Assembly (NCBI RefSeq): GCF_001194135.2
Contig: NC_068984.1
Location: 42,062,762-42,112,535, forward strand
DNA length: 49,774 nucleotides
Direction: 5' to 3'
Origin: Octopus bimaculoides
Lineage: Eukaryota
Within the stretch, counting starts at the first letter, position 1, and each line of letters starts with the position of its first letter. A model generated the notes under the pieces. That model saw nothing but the letters and a program-made list of their open reading frames with translations. It made no database searches and was not told the origin of the DNA. Positions 36,329 through 49,553 of this stretch are shown here, one piece after another. Position numbers and translations under genes: made by a program.

Positions 36329-38470
36329 TATAACAATATCTGTTTTAGCATACATTTTCACAATCAGAAATCTTGCAAAATAAATACATAAACTTAATCT
36401 ATTTTATGGTCCTAAAAGCAATACAGAAAGGACTAAACTATTGTGGAACCAGTTTAGATTAAACAAAAAAAAAAAGTAAAATAATAATAATAATAAAATG
36501 GGTAGCTATTTTTGTATGCATTTTGTAGATTCCCCCATCTCAGATATATATGCTGTACTTTAACATGGAATATTTTTGTAAAGAGCTTGCTTGAGTGAGG
36601 TATTTCTTGGTCCTGAAGAAGACAGTTTATATCTTGGGCCATACTTCATATCTTCTTGTGAATATACAGTCATCATCATCATCATCAGTTAATATCCATT
36701 TTCCATGCTGGCATGGATTGGATGGTTTGACAGAAGCTGAACAGCTGAAGGGCTGTTCAGCTGGTCAGCTTCCGTAATGAATCAAATATCATCTACTCCA
36801 CTGTTTAGTCAAAAAGATGTGAAATAGCATTTGAAAAAAAAAATATTGAAAAGTTTATAGAACGAAATAATTAGGGACAAAATAACTGTCTCCTGCATAT
36901 ATTAATTTCTAATATTGGCACAATGTCACAAATTTGGAACTGAGAATAACCAGTTCACTTGTCTTCATAACAGGAGTATGTAAGGCTTGTTGAACTTTTT
37001 ATTTGCCAGTCTATGAACACTGGCAGTTCTTTACCTTATTTCTTTTGTTAATATTCCATAAAGTGCCTGTATTCATTGTGAACTGAATACAGGCACTTAA
37101 CTGATTGCAGTTAACTCATCATTAACTGTAATCAAACAGATAATTATGATGGTGAAGGTAATATTATAATTCCATATTTCTTCATTCAAATACACTGAAG
37201 CATGTTCATATTCATATTTAATAATGCCAGTTACTGATGTCTTTTCGGCATGCAAATTATGGAAAGCGAAGAATAATAACAACATGAAACATTATTTGCT
37301 GACTCCTATCTGTCTGATGTTTCTGTTTTGTTGCAGAAAATAAAAAGCAACGAAAAAAAAAAAAAACTGCAACAACAACAACAATAACAACAATAAACGA
37401 TAATTACTATAATTTGGGTGTTAAGTTTGTACTTTTCAGTCTTACATATTTGTTTCTTGTGTGTGCGCATGTGTGTATGCATGTATATACACATACATTC
37501 ATTTATATGTATGTAATATACCAGAGAAAAATGTTTTTTTTACATTTGGTGGATATGAATTATAAATATGTGTCTTCCCATACGTCATCTTTTCTCACTC
37601 CACAATGTACGACAGATGTTAGATGAAAAAACAGATAAAAAAAAAAGAAGAGAGATAATATACCTTGTGTATATGTGCATAGAAGAGAGTAAAAAAGAAA
37701 GGACTGAATTAAAAAAAAATATGAGAACAAGGGTACAAACCAGAAATATGTTGTTGTGTAAACAGAAAATTGTTTTATACATACCTTATGACAAAATAAT
37801 GGTTTCTGGCATAGGCATGAAACCTGAGCCTTTAAGTTAGGTGAAGTGGATTGTAGTGGCATTCATGCTTTTCTAAAGGCAGTTACTGATGCGATTATAA
37901 CTGAAAACTGAGTCCAACTTGTACATTTAATCAATGTGAACTAATAGTCACACTATGGTGATTACTACTTTTTTATAAGTAAACACATTAACAATAGGCT
38001 GAAGGGAAAATAGCTCAAAGGAGTATTCTGTATTTGAATACTCATACAGTGTGTTAGGTATGTAATATAGTGAAATGAAAAAAACTTCATTTGACTAAGA
38101 TAGCCTTTGCAATTAGAAAACAAAATCTCTCCTGAAATTGAGTTATTTTCCTCTTAGTCCTTTTGTTGATGTTTACAGTCATTGTCACAACTTTTCCTCT
38201 AATTCATTTTATACTCATTTTTCCATGTTAGTATGGGTTACATGAATATCTTATCAAGTCATTGTTTTACTGTCGTCCGACGTTCCTCTTGTTAATTCTT
38301 ACTTTGAATAACAAAATGAATATTTTGTTCCACATATTTTTGAAGGCGCAAAGCCTGTGTGTGACTTGTTGATGGGGGTAAATTACAGCAACGCCACCAC
38401 CTGTAGCTGATAGTTTTGGAGAAGTACATATGTAAACATACACAAATACACACACAATAGGCTTTTTTCA

Positions 38471-38474
<4 letters not shown>

Positions 38475-38535
<61 letters not shown>

Positions 38536-38540
38536 CGTGC

Positions 38541-38603
<63 letters not shown>

Positions 38604-38615
38604 CGTGCCTATCTA
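38475..38615. repeat. (CT)n-(CTAT)n compound microsatellite with two acgtgc interruptions
   Basis: Direct reading. Confidence 0.9.
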
Positions 38616-39247
38616 TCAAATCCACTTACAAGTACTAAAAGTACAAGATGTCATGTTGTGGAACTGAACTTGAAACTATGTGGTCGGTAAGTCATTTGAT
38701 TGTGGCCATGCTGGAGCACCACCTTTAATCGAACGAATTGACCTTAAGTCTTATTCTTTGTAAGCCTAGTACTTATTCTCTCAGGCTCGTTTGCCAAACC
38801 GCTAAGTTATTGGAACATAAATACACCAACATCAGTTGTCAAGTGTATGTGTGTATATGTGTATACATGTGAATGCATTTCTGTCTTCTTTTAATGTCAA
38901 TGTGATAGTTATAAATGACCATTATTTAGTTATTCATTTCCAATCTCCCATAAAAATATGTCTGGTCTTGTTTTGAAACAAGAGAAGATTAGTGACAGGA
39001 AAGACATCTGGTTGCAGAAAATATGCCTCAATGAAATCTGTCTGACCCATGCCAGCATAGGAAAGTAGCCATCAAAATATCTGCTGGTGATCAACTTAAC
39101 CCCTCCCCTGAAATTGCTGGCTTTGTGCCAAAATTCGAAATCAGTATGTCTTGTTTGTTTATGTATGTGTATGTGTGTGTGCAACTACAATTTTTGTTAT
39201 TCATATCATGATTGAGTTCAGGAATACTCATTCTCATTTGGAAAGTG

Positions 39248-39391
39248 TACCATTTGATCATTATCTTCTTGACAGCATTTGATCATACCATTTGATCATT
39301 ATCTTCTTGACAGCATTTGATCATACCATTTGATCATTATCTTTTTGACAGCATTTGATCATACCATTTGATCATTATCTTCTTGACAGCA
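39248..39391. repeat. 38-bp minisatellite, ~3.7 copies
   Basis: Unit catttgatcattatcttcttgacagcatttgatcatac; one C/T difference seen between copies. Confidence 0.95.
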
Positions 39392-40011
39392 AAACATCAT
39401 AAAGTCAGTCCCAACATGAATAATTTTACATATGAGAACCATATGATTGCCTTGCTACTGTATCTGATCATAAGTTATAATGTTCAAAGTGTTATGTAAA
39501 CAAAAAAATACAAAACCTGATGTTAAATCATTTTTATAATCATTACTGTTCTATTTACAAACAGCACTAATCTGCTAAGAGCCACTCTATTAGAAATTCC
39601 TTTTCTTCTAGTAATTGCTACTTTTTTTCCCCCATTCAGCTGTTGTTGATCCACTGCTACATGAAGTTCTTTTGTAAGCCATTTGCTAGCTTATCTAAGC
39701 TGCTTGTAAGCTTATCTGTCCATGGTGCTTATATAGTGTTGACTAAAATCTCCATATTCTATGGTACAGTATATATATCATCATCATCATTATGTCCACT
39801 TCCCATGTTCACAAATTGAGGTGGATTTTCTCTGGCCAGATGCCCTTCCTATTGCCAGCTCTCATTTGCTCCCAAGTAAGATACCTGTTTCCAGGTGAGA
39901 CATATTTTCACAGAATATTGGAAATGAAGCACACCACTTGCATGACAGTGACACTTGTTTGAAACAATTATGCAATGTTGAGGCAAGGAAACAATAATGC
40001 ACGCATGCATG

Positions 40012-40047
<36 letters not shown>

Positions 40048-40464
40048 GAGTGTGTCTCAGTTTCTGTCAATCAAATCCACTTGCAAGGTTTTGGTCAGCC
40101 CAAGGCTATTGTAGAAGACACTTTTCCCAAGGTACCACACAATGGAACTGAACTCAGAACCATGTTTTTGGAAAACTTATCACACAGCCATCTCATCATT
40201 TAACATCCATTTCCCATGCTGGCATGGGTTGGACAGCTTGACAAGAACTGGCGAAGGCAAAGGACCATACCAGGTTCTATAATCTGTTTTGGTTTTGTTT
40301 TTTTCCTNNNNNNNNNNNNNNNNNNNNNNNNNNNNNNNNNNNNNNNNNNNNNNNNNNNNNNNNNNNNNNNNNNNNNNNNNNNNNNNNNNNNNNNNNNNNN
40401 NNNNNNNNNNNNNNNNNNNNNNNNNNNNNTATATATATATATATATATATATATCATCGTCATC

Positions 40465-40625
40465 ATCATCATCATCATCGTTTAACGTCCGCTTTCCATG
40501 CTAGCATGGGTTGGACGATTTGACTGAGGACTGGTGAAACCGGATGGCAACACCAGGCTCCAGTCTGATTTGGCATAGTTTCTACAGCTGGATACCCTTC
40601 CTAACGCCAACCACTCAGAGAGTGT
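40465..40625 (-). mobile_element. RTE 3'-tail fragment in minus orientation
   Basis: catcatcatcgtttaacgtccgctttccatgctagcatgggttggacg... is the reverse complement of the tails at 16000-16140 and 20290-20430. Confidence 0.85.
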
Positions 40626-40694
40626 AGCCATATATATGCATGTATACTTTTTGCAAGTAAGACTGTACCTTATATATATATATATATATAGCAG

Positions 40695-40990
40695 GTTTCA
40701 CTTAATTTGCTTCGCGGGAAGAGCTATTCTAAGAGTGCGTTCTGCCTCATCTTCAAAACGCCTAGTTTAGAATAGAGGTAGCTGATGAAGGAAAAGTTCC
40801 ATATGTGGCTTGTCTGTTTTCCTATATGTTCATTCTGTTGTCCGTAAAAAAAGTTTGTTTTTTGTGCTTTGTTTATGTTCTCATTCCTTTTTTTGTCCAC
40901 GTTTTTTTGACATCCTGTACCTGGATATGCATCAATATATACATGTAGATGTAGGTATGTACATATATGTATGTATATATGCATATGCTC
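40695..40990 (+). mobile_element. Decayed copy of a dispersed repeat whose better-preserved copy is at 49540-49774 (-)
   Basis: Shared gggaagagc...cttc.aaacgcc...gtagctgatgaag...atgtggcttgt.tgttttc...gtcctgtacc..gatatgca. Confidence 0.7.
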
Positions 40991-41006
40991 ACATATCATT
41001 TGTATT

Positions 41007-41047
<41 letters not shown>

Positions 41048-41560
41048 TCTGTGTGTGTGTGTGTGTGTTTGTTTGTTGAAATGGGGTAGCTGAAGCCCAT
41101 TAGGGACTGAACTGCTCAAAATGTCACTACATAACAAAAACTGATGTTGAAAGCTAATAAGGTTTAAATTATTCAACCTATTAAATAGTTGTTTTAAGTT
41201 CCGAATCTTAGGACATCACAATAGTGACACAATTGTTACTACTGGGAACTAACCAGTTCATTAAGTTACCTATTTTTATGCTTCAAACCTTTTGAAATAG
41301 TGTAAACCAGAGATATCCTAAGAATGATGACAAAAGAATCCTGAGTGTTGATTACTAAGATTTGGCAGTATATTTGCTGCATTATAGAATAAGGATAACT
41401 AATCAATTGCTACAGTAGAAGAGCCCTACCATTCCCTAAAAACAAAAACTTCCCTATGGTCATCTGACCAGCTAGAAATAACAGCCAAATCTCTTTAAAT
41501 TTCTCATAACCATTATTAAAAAGGACATGCTGTATAATGTAGTTTTAGATAAATGAAATA

Positions 41561-41970
41561 GGCGCAGGAGTGGCTGTGTGGTAAGTAGCTTGCTTACCAA
41601 CCACATGGTTCTGGGTTCAGTCCCACTGTGTAGCATCTTGGGCAAGTGTCTTCTACTATAGACTCGGGCCGACCAAAGCCTTGTGAGTGGATTTGGTAGA
41701 CAGAAACTGAAAGAAGCTTGTCATATATATGTGTATATGTATATATATATATGTGTGTGTGTGTGTATATGTTTGTCCCCACAACATCGCTTGTCAACCG
41801 ATGCTGGTGTGTTTACGTCCCCATCACTTAGCAGTTCGGCAAAAGAGACCGATAGAATAAGTACTAGGCTTCCAAAGAATAAGTCCTGCGGTCGATTTGC
41901 TCGACTAAAGGCGGTGTTCCAGCATGGCCACAGTCAAATGACTGAAACAAGTAAAAGAGTAAAAGAGAGA
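41561..41970 (+). mobile_element. Full-length composite tRNA-derived SINE (head, internal microsatellite, 3' body)
   Basis: Head ggcgcaggagtggctgtgtggtaag...gggttcagtcccactg...gggcaagtgtcttctactata. Partial copies at about 5808-5945(-), 16165-16480(-), 20726-20885(+), 30580-30910(-), 40060-40190(-), 45785-46060(-), 49150-49275(+), 38695-38850(-) and 49295-49510(-). Confidence 0.85.
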
Positions 41971-42584
41971 GATTAGTCACAGCTGGAATGTGTTTGATCA
42001 TAGATCTGCTCAGTCAGGGTTGGATAGGGATTAAAGAAAAAACAAAAAAAAACCCCAGAAAAGAAGAATACTTTCAACAGAACCATTAAGCAAAAATCTG
42101 ACACATCCTTGAGATTCTTTAATTCTCTCTAAGTGACCTGTAATAGATCTGTCACAATTATGTTAGTGTTCACAAGTCAAATAAGTAAGTGCAGCCGTGT
42201 TTTGTCATGGGGACTTGAACTTGTAACATAAAACATTAAGAATAAAAATTGAAACAAAACTACAAATAAATATGTAAGTGAATAAAAAAAAAAAATTAGG
42301 GAAGTTAAACGAATGAAAGCAGGGCTGCTCTGGTAGACACAGTGTCTAATACTTGAGGTAGAGCAAATAGAAGCAAATAAATCAAAGAGTTGTTGCTTTT
42401 TAATAAGGCTGTGTCAGATATGGTTGCATGAGCATATATGTAGGGTGCAAGCTATATGTAAAGGAAATACTCGAACTGTGCAGGAAGTATTAAATATCTT
42501 GGGTGTTTGTGTGTGTGTGTGTGTGTGTGTAATGTAATGTACATGCATACACAATGCATAAAAACGAAGATATGTGTGTATGTA

Positions 42585-42814
42585 TGCATGTGAATACATA
42601 GTTGAGTGGATGATTATTACCTCCCAGATTCTGATTTCAAATCTACTGCAGACATTTTGGTATATTTAAGAAATATGTTTGGTCCACATCTAGTTGCATG
42701 TGAATACATAGTTGAGTGGATAAAAGTTTTGGATTATTACCTCCCAGATTCTGATTTCAAATATACTGCAGGTATTTTGGTATATTTGAGAAATATGTTT
42801 GGTCCACAATTAGT
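42585..42814. repeat. Tandem duplication, units of 110 and 120 bp
   Basis: tgcatgtgaatacatagttgagtggat...gattattacctcccagattctgatttcaaat...ggtccaca..tagt occurs twice; the second unit has a 10-nt insertion. Confidence 0.9.
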
Positions 42815-43479
42815 TGAACTTCATCATGTAGAATTATTTGAGAATGTAATCCAGAATAGGCTAGCATTCCATTTTAAGTGAGATTTAGTCCTCTTTTAGT
42901 GATCTTGCTTTCTCCTTAATCTGCAATTTCAATTGCTACTACAATAGGGTAAAAAAATGGTAAAGACCACCTTTGGTCATGAATGACCATGGGATTGCAC
43001 CTAGAAACTTCCCCTCCAAGGCACAAGTCTGGGCAAGGTTATTTATGGAAGACCAGCAGTCACCCATGCATACCAGCCTCCCCTCTCCATGCCACTGTTG
43101 TTATCCAAAGGAAAGGCAATGGCTGATACAGCTTGGCACCAGTGGTGTCATAACTCATTTCTACAGCTGAGTGAAGTGGAACAATGTGAAATAAGTGTCT
43201 TGCTCATGAAAACAACACACAGCCCAGTCCAGGGCTACTACAATAGCCTCCTCATATTTGGTTGGTTTGTGCCTCAACAAAGCCCACTCTTCCTACTTAA
43301 TTTTCCTCCTCTCATAACCTATATTACACCAGAAAGTTTTGTAATAACCACTCTAAGTAGTCCTCCTTCCAGAATGTCACTCACTGGAATTCCTTTTCTG
43401 CCTATGTTTTTCCTAAAGTTGTCAACTTACAGTTATACAAGTGTTACATTGGCCTCATTAACCTTATCTTTCTCACAAG

Positions 43480-43730
43480 GCCTGTGGAGGGCATGGATAC
43501 ATCTTGTATGATCATGTTATGTATGGATGAGGACAGATGCATAAATAAGTGCTAATTTCTTAAGTAGATGGAACTTGTGGAAGAGAGAGACCCAGAAAGA
43601 CATTGAAGACTGATCTCAAGATAATAAGCCTTACAAAGGAGATGACAAAGGACTAAGATATCTGGCACTTTACTGTACTCAAGAAGATCCACCTGCCACA
43701 GTAGAATTGATATCCTAAATCCACCTTAGT
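43480..43730 (+). mobile_element. Decayed RTE C-terminal fragment
   Basis: Aligns by eye with 13560-13770 (atggatgaggacag...gatggaacttgtggaagag..agacccagaaagac). Confidence 0.6.
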
Positions 43731-44565
43731 AATGCTTATCTATGAGGGGATCTTCCCCACTCCCACCTCTATCCTCTCTGCCATTTCAACCATTTCCACC
43801 TACATTTCATCCCTTAACTCCCATTTCTTCTCTATCACCTGAAAGCATCGTTGGCACATATGAACGCCAACTACAATAGCTTACTTTTAGCTGAATACTT
43901 CTTCTGCAGTTGTCTTATTATGCAAACTACATCAGTGGTACTTCATTCCAGCACAAAACCAAACTGCATCTCATCTTGACTAATTCTGTTCCTAATTAAA
44001 GTTAATTGGGTTATAACTCTCCTTAATTTTCATGTCCTGGTCCAGCAGTTTGATACCTCTTAAATTTCTTCTATCTAAGGCATTTCCTTTACCCTTATAA
44101 CAGCTAACTACAACGCTGGTATATCAATTATTGGGTATGACACCTTCCTGTGCAACCAGATTAACTATACAGGTGACTAGATTGTATCCTACTCTGCCAG
44201 ATATTTTAAGCATTTCAGTGGTAATTCCAAATGGATCAGGAACTTTCCCTGTCTTCATATGCTTTATTAGCTTATTATTATACTATTGTCAACTAGGATA
44301 GCTGGTCCTTCTGTTGAGTCCACATTGGAGAAATAGGATTAGAAAAGTGTAGACTATGAGACTCTATTGAAGCAAACTTATTACTGCTTATTAATGCTCT
44401 ATTTAGAATTTTAAATTAATATTACTACTATTTGAAATTCATAACACTTTTTAGTAGTCAATATGTGTGTATATATTCAAAATATATCACACAAAAGTTA
44501 AAATGAGTGACAAGATGTGCAGCTCTTAACCACTACGGCATATGCCCACACTCTTAACCACTATG

Positions 44566-44802
44566 CCATATGGCATTGTGGTTAAGAACGCAGGCTGCTA
44601 ACCTCAAGATTCCAAGTTCAATTCCAGGCAGTGACCTGAATAATAATAATAATAACAGCATCAAAAAATACTTTAGGACTGAAAACCCAGGTTTGAAATT
44701 TCTCCAAGACACCTGATGAAGGCTGGAGGGTATATCAGCCGAAACATTGTTGTTAACAACAAACAAGATAAGGACAAATATCCATCAAATGTAAATAATG
44801 TA
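44566..44802 (+). mobile_element. tRNA-headed SINE carrying a hammerhead motif in its 3' half
   Basis: A-box-like TGGCATTGTGG (44571), anticodon-loop-like CTGCTAA, B-box GTTCAATTCC (44616-44625), a (TAA)n linker, then the hammerhead motif at 44708-44754. Confidence 0.8.
44708..44754 (+). ncRNA. Minimal type I hammerhead ribozyme motif, probably mutated in this copy
   Basis: GACAC-CTGATGA-A-GGCTG(gagggtatat)CAGCC-GAAA-CATT-GTTGTT. Both core boxes and a 5-bp stem II are intact. Stem III (AACATT rather than palindromic AACGTT) and stem I (GACAC against GTTGTT) are imperfect. Confidence 0.72.
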
Positions 44803-45289
44803 GAAACAGGTATGTTGCTGTAAAGGAGATACATGGCTATCCAGCCTGGGGGAAGAGTCAAAGAGAGAGAGTAGGAGACTGCAAGAGATAGCAGGAGAGA
44901 GATGGTGGTGAAATGCCAGCGCATACTCACGAGGAACAGGGATCAGAGTATAAATGGGATGGTAGAGTAAAGGAAAGGAGAGTTAGATGGAGGCAAGTAC
45001 CAGGGCATAACCTCAAGATATGGAGGTCATAATATAAGTGATGAAGTATTGCCAAAGAAGCGTAAGGGCCAAGAGTAGTGCAGTGACTGGTGAAAACTGG
45101 GTATTTAGATAGGGTGGGGGACTGGGATAGCAATGATACAGTGAGTATGATCATAAGGACAGGATTGGGGTGTGAGAAATAAGTATAGTGCACGAGAGAG
45201 GAAATGTGAGGGAGAGAAAAGTTTAGTTTGTTGGGATAGGGTATGTGGAAAGTTTTATTGTTACATGTGGGTGGAACAACTCAGTGCTT

Positions 45290-45420
45290 CTAGAACTCAG
45301 TTTCACTGATCTGGGTGGGTTTTCTCAAGAACCTTTATACCCCCAGACATCTTGATCCATTGTTATTTCCTCCATGAGTCCCAACATCCTGAGATCGGTC
45401 CTAAACACTTCATTCCAATG
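45290..45420 (-). mobile_element. RTE C-terminal fragment, minus strand
   Basis: Minus strand ggaatgaagtg...catggaggaaataacaatggatcaagatgtctgg...aaggttcttgagaa matches 45650-45745 (+). Confidence 0.6.
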
Positions 45421-45469
45421 AAGGCAGTATGCTCTGTTAGATGTGTAACATCAGTGTGCATGTATAACA

Positions 45470-45745
45470 AAGTGTAAATGTGTGGAGAGAAAAGTGGAGT
45501 GTAAGAGGAATCAAATGCAGCATGTAAGAGAGAAGACTATGTTGGTTTGGACATTTAATGTATATGAATGAAAACAGCTGTATGATGATGTGCCAGTCAC
45601 TGAAAGTGGATGGTACCTGTGGAAGAGGAAGATCCATCCAGGAAGGCATAGGATGAAGTGGTGAAGACCAATCTCAAAACCTTGAGCTTCATGGAGGAAA
45701 TGACGATGGATTGAGTTGTCTGGCAATATAAGGTTCTTGAGAAGA
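45470..45745 (+). mobile_element. RTE C-terminal fragment, plus strand
   Basis: RRLCWFGHLMYMNENSCMMMCQSLKVDGTCGRGR resembles the 13151-13780 RTE frame. Confidence 0.75.
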
Positions 45746-48700
45746 GTGCAGGCTATCCTTCTGTGAACAACAAGGATCTATTGAAATAAACTTAATGGAC
45801 TTTTTGAAGTCTCCATCTACCAAATCAGCTTGCAATGCCTTGTCAGACCATGGTTATAGTAGACGACACTTGCCCAAGCTGTCATGCAGTGAGACAAATG
45901 TCTGGACATCCATATACATTTTGTGTAGCAAACTCTACTGTGAAGGCATTCATCAGTCTGATTCACTGGTAGAAAACACTTGTCCAAGGTGTTATTCTGT
46001 AGGATTAAACCTGATACCACATGATTGTAAAGTGTACTTCTTAACCACAGTCATGCCTACACAGCCAAGTTGGTAATACTGTTTCAAGTGAGAGGAACAA
46101 AATAAACAATTCTTAATGGATTTTACATTTTCATAAGAGAAATGAAGAGAGTGGGGGGAGGGGGTAGGTTGAGAAACAGCCACATGTAGATAAATGTTCA
46201 GTGGCATATGTGGCTAACAGTCAACATAGGTTAATGCCACCTTATTGCTGGAGAGCAACATTGACATCAATGTGAATATAATTACAAAGTATTTTATGAA
46301 TTGGAAGTAATCAAACTGGTTCACTGCTTCAAAAACCATTAAATTTCACTGACGTACTCAGTTATTATTACGATATTGCTATTGCCCAACAAGCTTTCTG
46401 CAATTTTAGTGGCTTTATTCATAACTTATTAATTAAGCTAAAGTTACCTTAGTAGTGTATATTACATAACTATATGTATTTTAATTAAGTGTTACTATGT
46501 TATATAACTGTTGTTTGTAATTTAGATTTTGTTTATTTTACATATCCGGTCTTTAAAACTTTGTTGCATTGAATGTGTAAAATTATTGTACAAAGTGTGT
46601 AACACAAGGGTTACATAATAACTGCTTTCATGAGTGAAGGAAAGAAACTGATGTTGTTGTAACTACTTAGTTAAAATGCTTAGAGCTTATATGAAAATCC
46701 AATAACCTTATACTATCAATAATGAAAAACTGGGACCCTGGTTATCAGTTGCTGACCATCTCTCTTGGATTATATTGCCTAAATACATTATGATTAAATC
46801 AATATGATTTGCTGTATTGATTTAATCACTATAACTGAGCATGCACCACTTTTGTATTCAAGAAAAAGACTGTGAATCTGCGAATTGCTCAACCTCCTAG
46901 TAATAACAACTAGGTTGGTACTAGTCTTGTTTTGTTTGATACTGAACAGATTTTCTTTCATGTAACAGTTGACAATTCTCATTTTTTTTTTTACTCTTCC
47001 TCTTTTTACTTGAATAAATCCACCCTCCCTCCATGATTGGTACAGATCTCCACAACCTTTTTCTTACGCATTTATAGGAAACATTGAAACAAATGATATT
47101 GAAGTAACTTTTAAATTGTTATAAGAAAGATTGAAATATAAAGTGAAATAACTTAGATCAAGCCACCTACTCACCTTTTTCCTTTAAACATTAATGAAAT
47201 AAAAAACAAATTGTTGAAATAATTTTGAAGCATTCACAAGATTGACAAAAACAAAGCATGTTTATCCCTGTTTGATATTGGTTCTCTAAATTCAAACAGG
47301 AGTTGCCTGTTCAATCAGTTAGAAATATATGTGAAATCTCCCTAAACAAATGGTATAAAACAAGTCACTCCACTCTTCTGAAATATTGTTTATGCATTAC
47401 TAGGGGAATTTACGGTCATTGCTGGATTACGTGTAATATCTGAAAGTATAGTTTCTTCAAAAATTTGCACTTAGAAGTTTGAGAAATTCTTCATCTGATC
47501 TGTGATTTTGGTATGTGAAGACATCTCCACTTCGTGTGCTGGTGCTGCAGTGGACTTCCACCCTGTATTGTCATGCTCCCTATGTGGTCGGTGGTGAGTG
47601 AATCAGCTGCTTTAGTGTTGGTGGTGGGGAAAATGCACTCTGTACATACTTCAAATTATTGAAAAGCAGAGAAAGTGTAGGGTTGTGAAACTCCTTTAAT
47701 ACTGTGTCTCCAAGGACTTTTTAATGTCTCTAGTATTGTGTCATGAGAAAATGCACCCATTACACTCTGTAAAGTAGTTGGCAATAGGTATAGCATCCAG
47801 CCATAAAAAGCAAGTCAAACAACAGATATGAGCAGTAGCTTTGAAGAAGAAATGACTGTGATGATCTGTCTAACCCATACCAGTGTGGAAAGTGGGCAGC
47901 ATCAGCAGATGACAATGAGATGATGATGAAGAAGAAGAAGAAGAAGAAGGCAGTGCTTCCTCCCCATCTAGCCACTGATTGTTTGAAATTAATAGAAATT
48001 AATGCTGAAAGAAAATTTAAACAATGCCATTATCAAAGTGTGTGTGTGTGTGTATGTGCACTGGGAGGTGTGAACGGATATGAAGTGGTTACTGTTTGCT
48101 AGTTGGTGATTAATTTATTTTTGTCATCTAAACTACAAGGAACCTTGCTTAAAGAATCTATCACTATCCTGTGAAACTCTGGTTAATTTCTTTGAGAAAT
48201 TTCTTTAATGAATTAGCTGAAGTGGCCAACTTAATATTGTTGACTTAGTGTCGTTTCTTGCAGACAGAAAGTATGAGAGAGTGGGAGGAAGGGAGAGAGA
48301 GTGAGAGGTAGAGTAACAGCTGAGATGTTGGAGGAGTTTAGAGTAATAGGTTACAGAAGGCGGGAAGTGGTGTGGAATGGCAAAGTGGAATGATGGGTGG
48401 GCGTCGGGAGGAAGGATGGCTGAAAAAAACATTTGAAGGAGAAGAGAGGAGATTTGTCATTAAAATTCTTTCTCTACTTCTTGTCCTTCATATCTCCTCT
48501 TTATTCCCTCCTCCTCTTTATGTATCTCTGTCAGTGTGTCTTTTTCTTTCTCTACCCTTTTCTTATTCTTTTTCTTTCTCTCTTCTCCTATCTCTCATTC
48601 TCTCTGTCTCCTGCTCTCTTTGTCTGTCATTCTCTTTATCATATTTTTTTCACACTGCTGTTTATTTCTTTTTGTTCTTTGTTAATTGAATGAAACTTTA

Positions 48701-49505
48701 ACTCTGGTTGTGTGTGTGTGTATGTGTGTGTGTGTGTGTGTACATATATGTATGTGTATGTATGTTATGTATTTTACTATTCAAAAGCTTTGTTAACTTT
48801 GGTCATCCCATTAAATAGTATGTTGTCAACTAATTCCTTACTAAGTATTTTGGGTAAAAGTTGTCTGGTGTAAAACCATCTGGAAATAATTAATTAGAAA
48901 TGAGCTAATGAGTGGGTGTCTGTGTAGTTGCTCAACTCACAAGAAATAGAAGCCAAATCTCCTTCAAATTGCACCCTACTGTCTTAAAAAGGGAAAGATA
49001 TACAAGATAGATAATGTAGCTTTAAATACCTTGTGTCTGACTATTCAACTGGCTGGTTATGGTTAGAATATCTTTGATTGTAGATTTGTTGGATCAAGGC
49101 CACCTGGGGCTAAACAACATTTAGAAAGGTTTTACAAAATGTCTTGCTTTGCAACCACATGTTTGCGGGCTCAGTCCCACTGTGTGATACCTTGGGCAAG
49201 TGTCTTCTACTATAGCCTCGGATCAGCTAAAGCCTTGTGAGTAGATTTGGTAGATGAAAACTGAATTAAGTCCATCATTTATATATTAATATATATTTTT
49301 ATCTTTTACTTGTTTCAGTCATTAGACTGTGGCTATACTGGGGCACTACCTTGAAGAATTTATTGTTGAATGTATTGACCCCAGTTTTTTTTTTTTTTTA
49401 AGCCTGGTACTTATTCTATTGATCTCTTTTGCCAAACTGCTAAGTTACAGGGTCATAAACACACCAACATCGGTTGTCAAGTGGTGGGAAGAGGTACAAA
49501 CACAG

Positions 49506-49539
<34 letters not shown>

Positions 49540-49553
<14 letters not shown>

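Noticed and set aside
38267-38455. Possible nested minus-strand exon
   Set aside because: Weak polypyrimidine tract, no recognisable domain in any frame, and no partner exons found.
39640-39673. 34-nt candidate micro-exon with good acceptor and gtaagc donor
   Set aside because: Not frame-preserving and no gephyrin similarity; such site pairs are expected by chance in 30 kb of intron.
44566-44630. Possible functional tRNA gene
   Set aside because: No complete cloverleaf or acceptor stem, and it is embedded in a repeat; treated as a SINE head.
47078-47103. tttatag|GAAACATTG...|gtaact candidate small exon
   Set aside because: Weak donor, in-frame stop if extended, and no recognisable homology.
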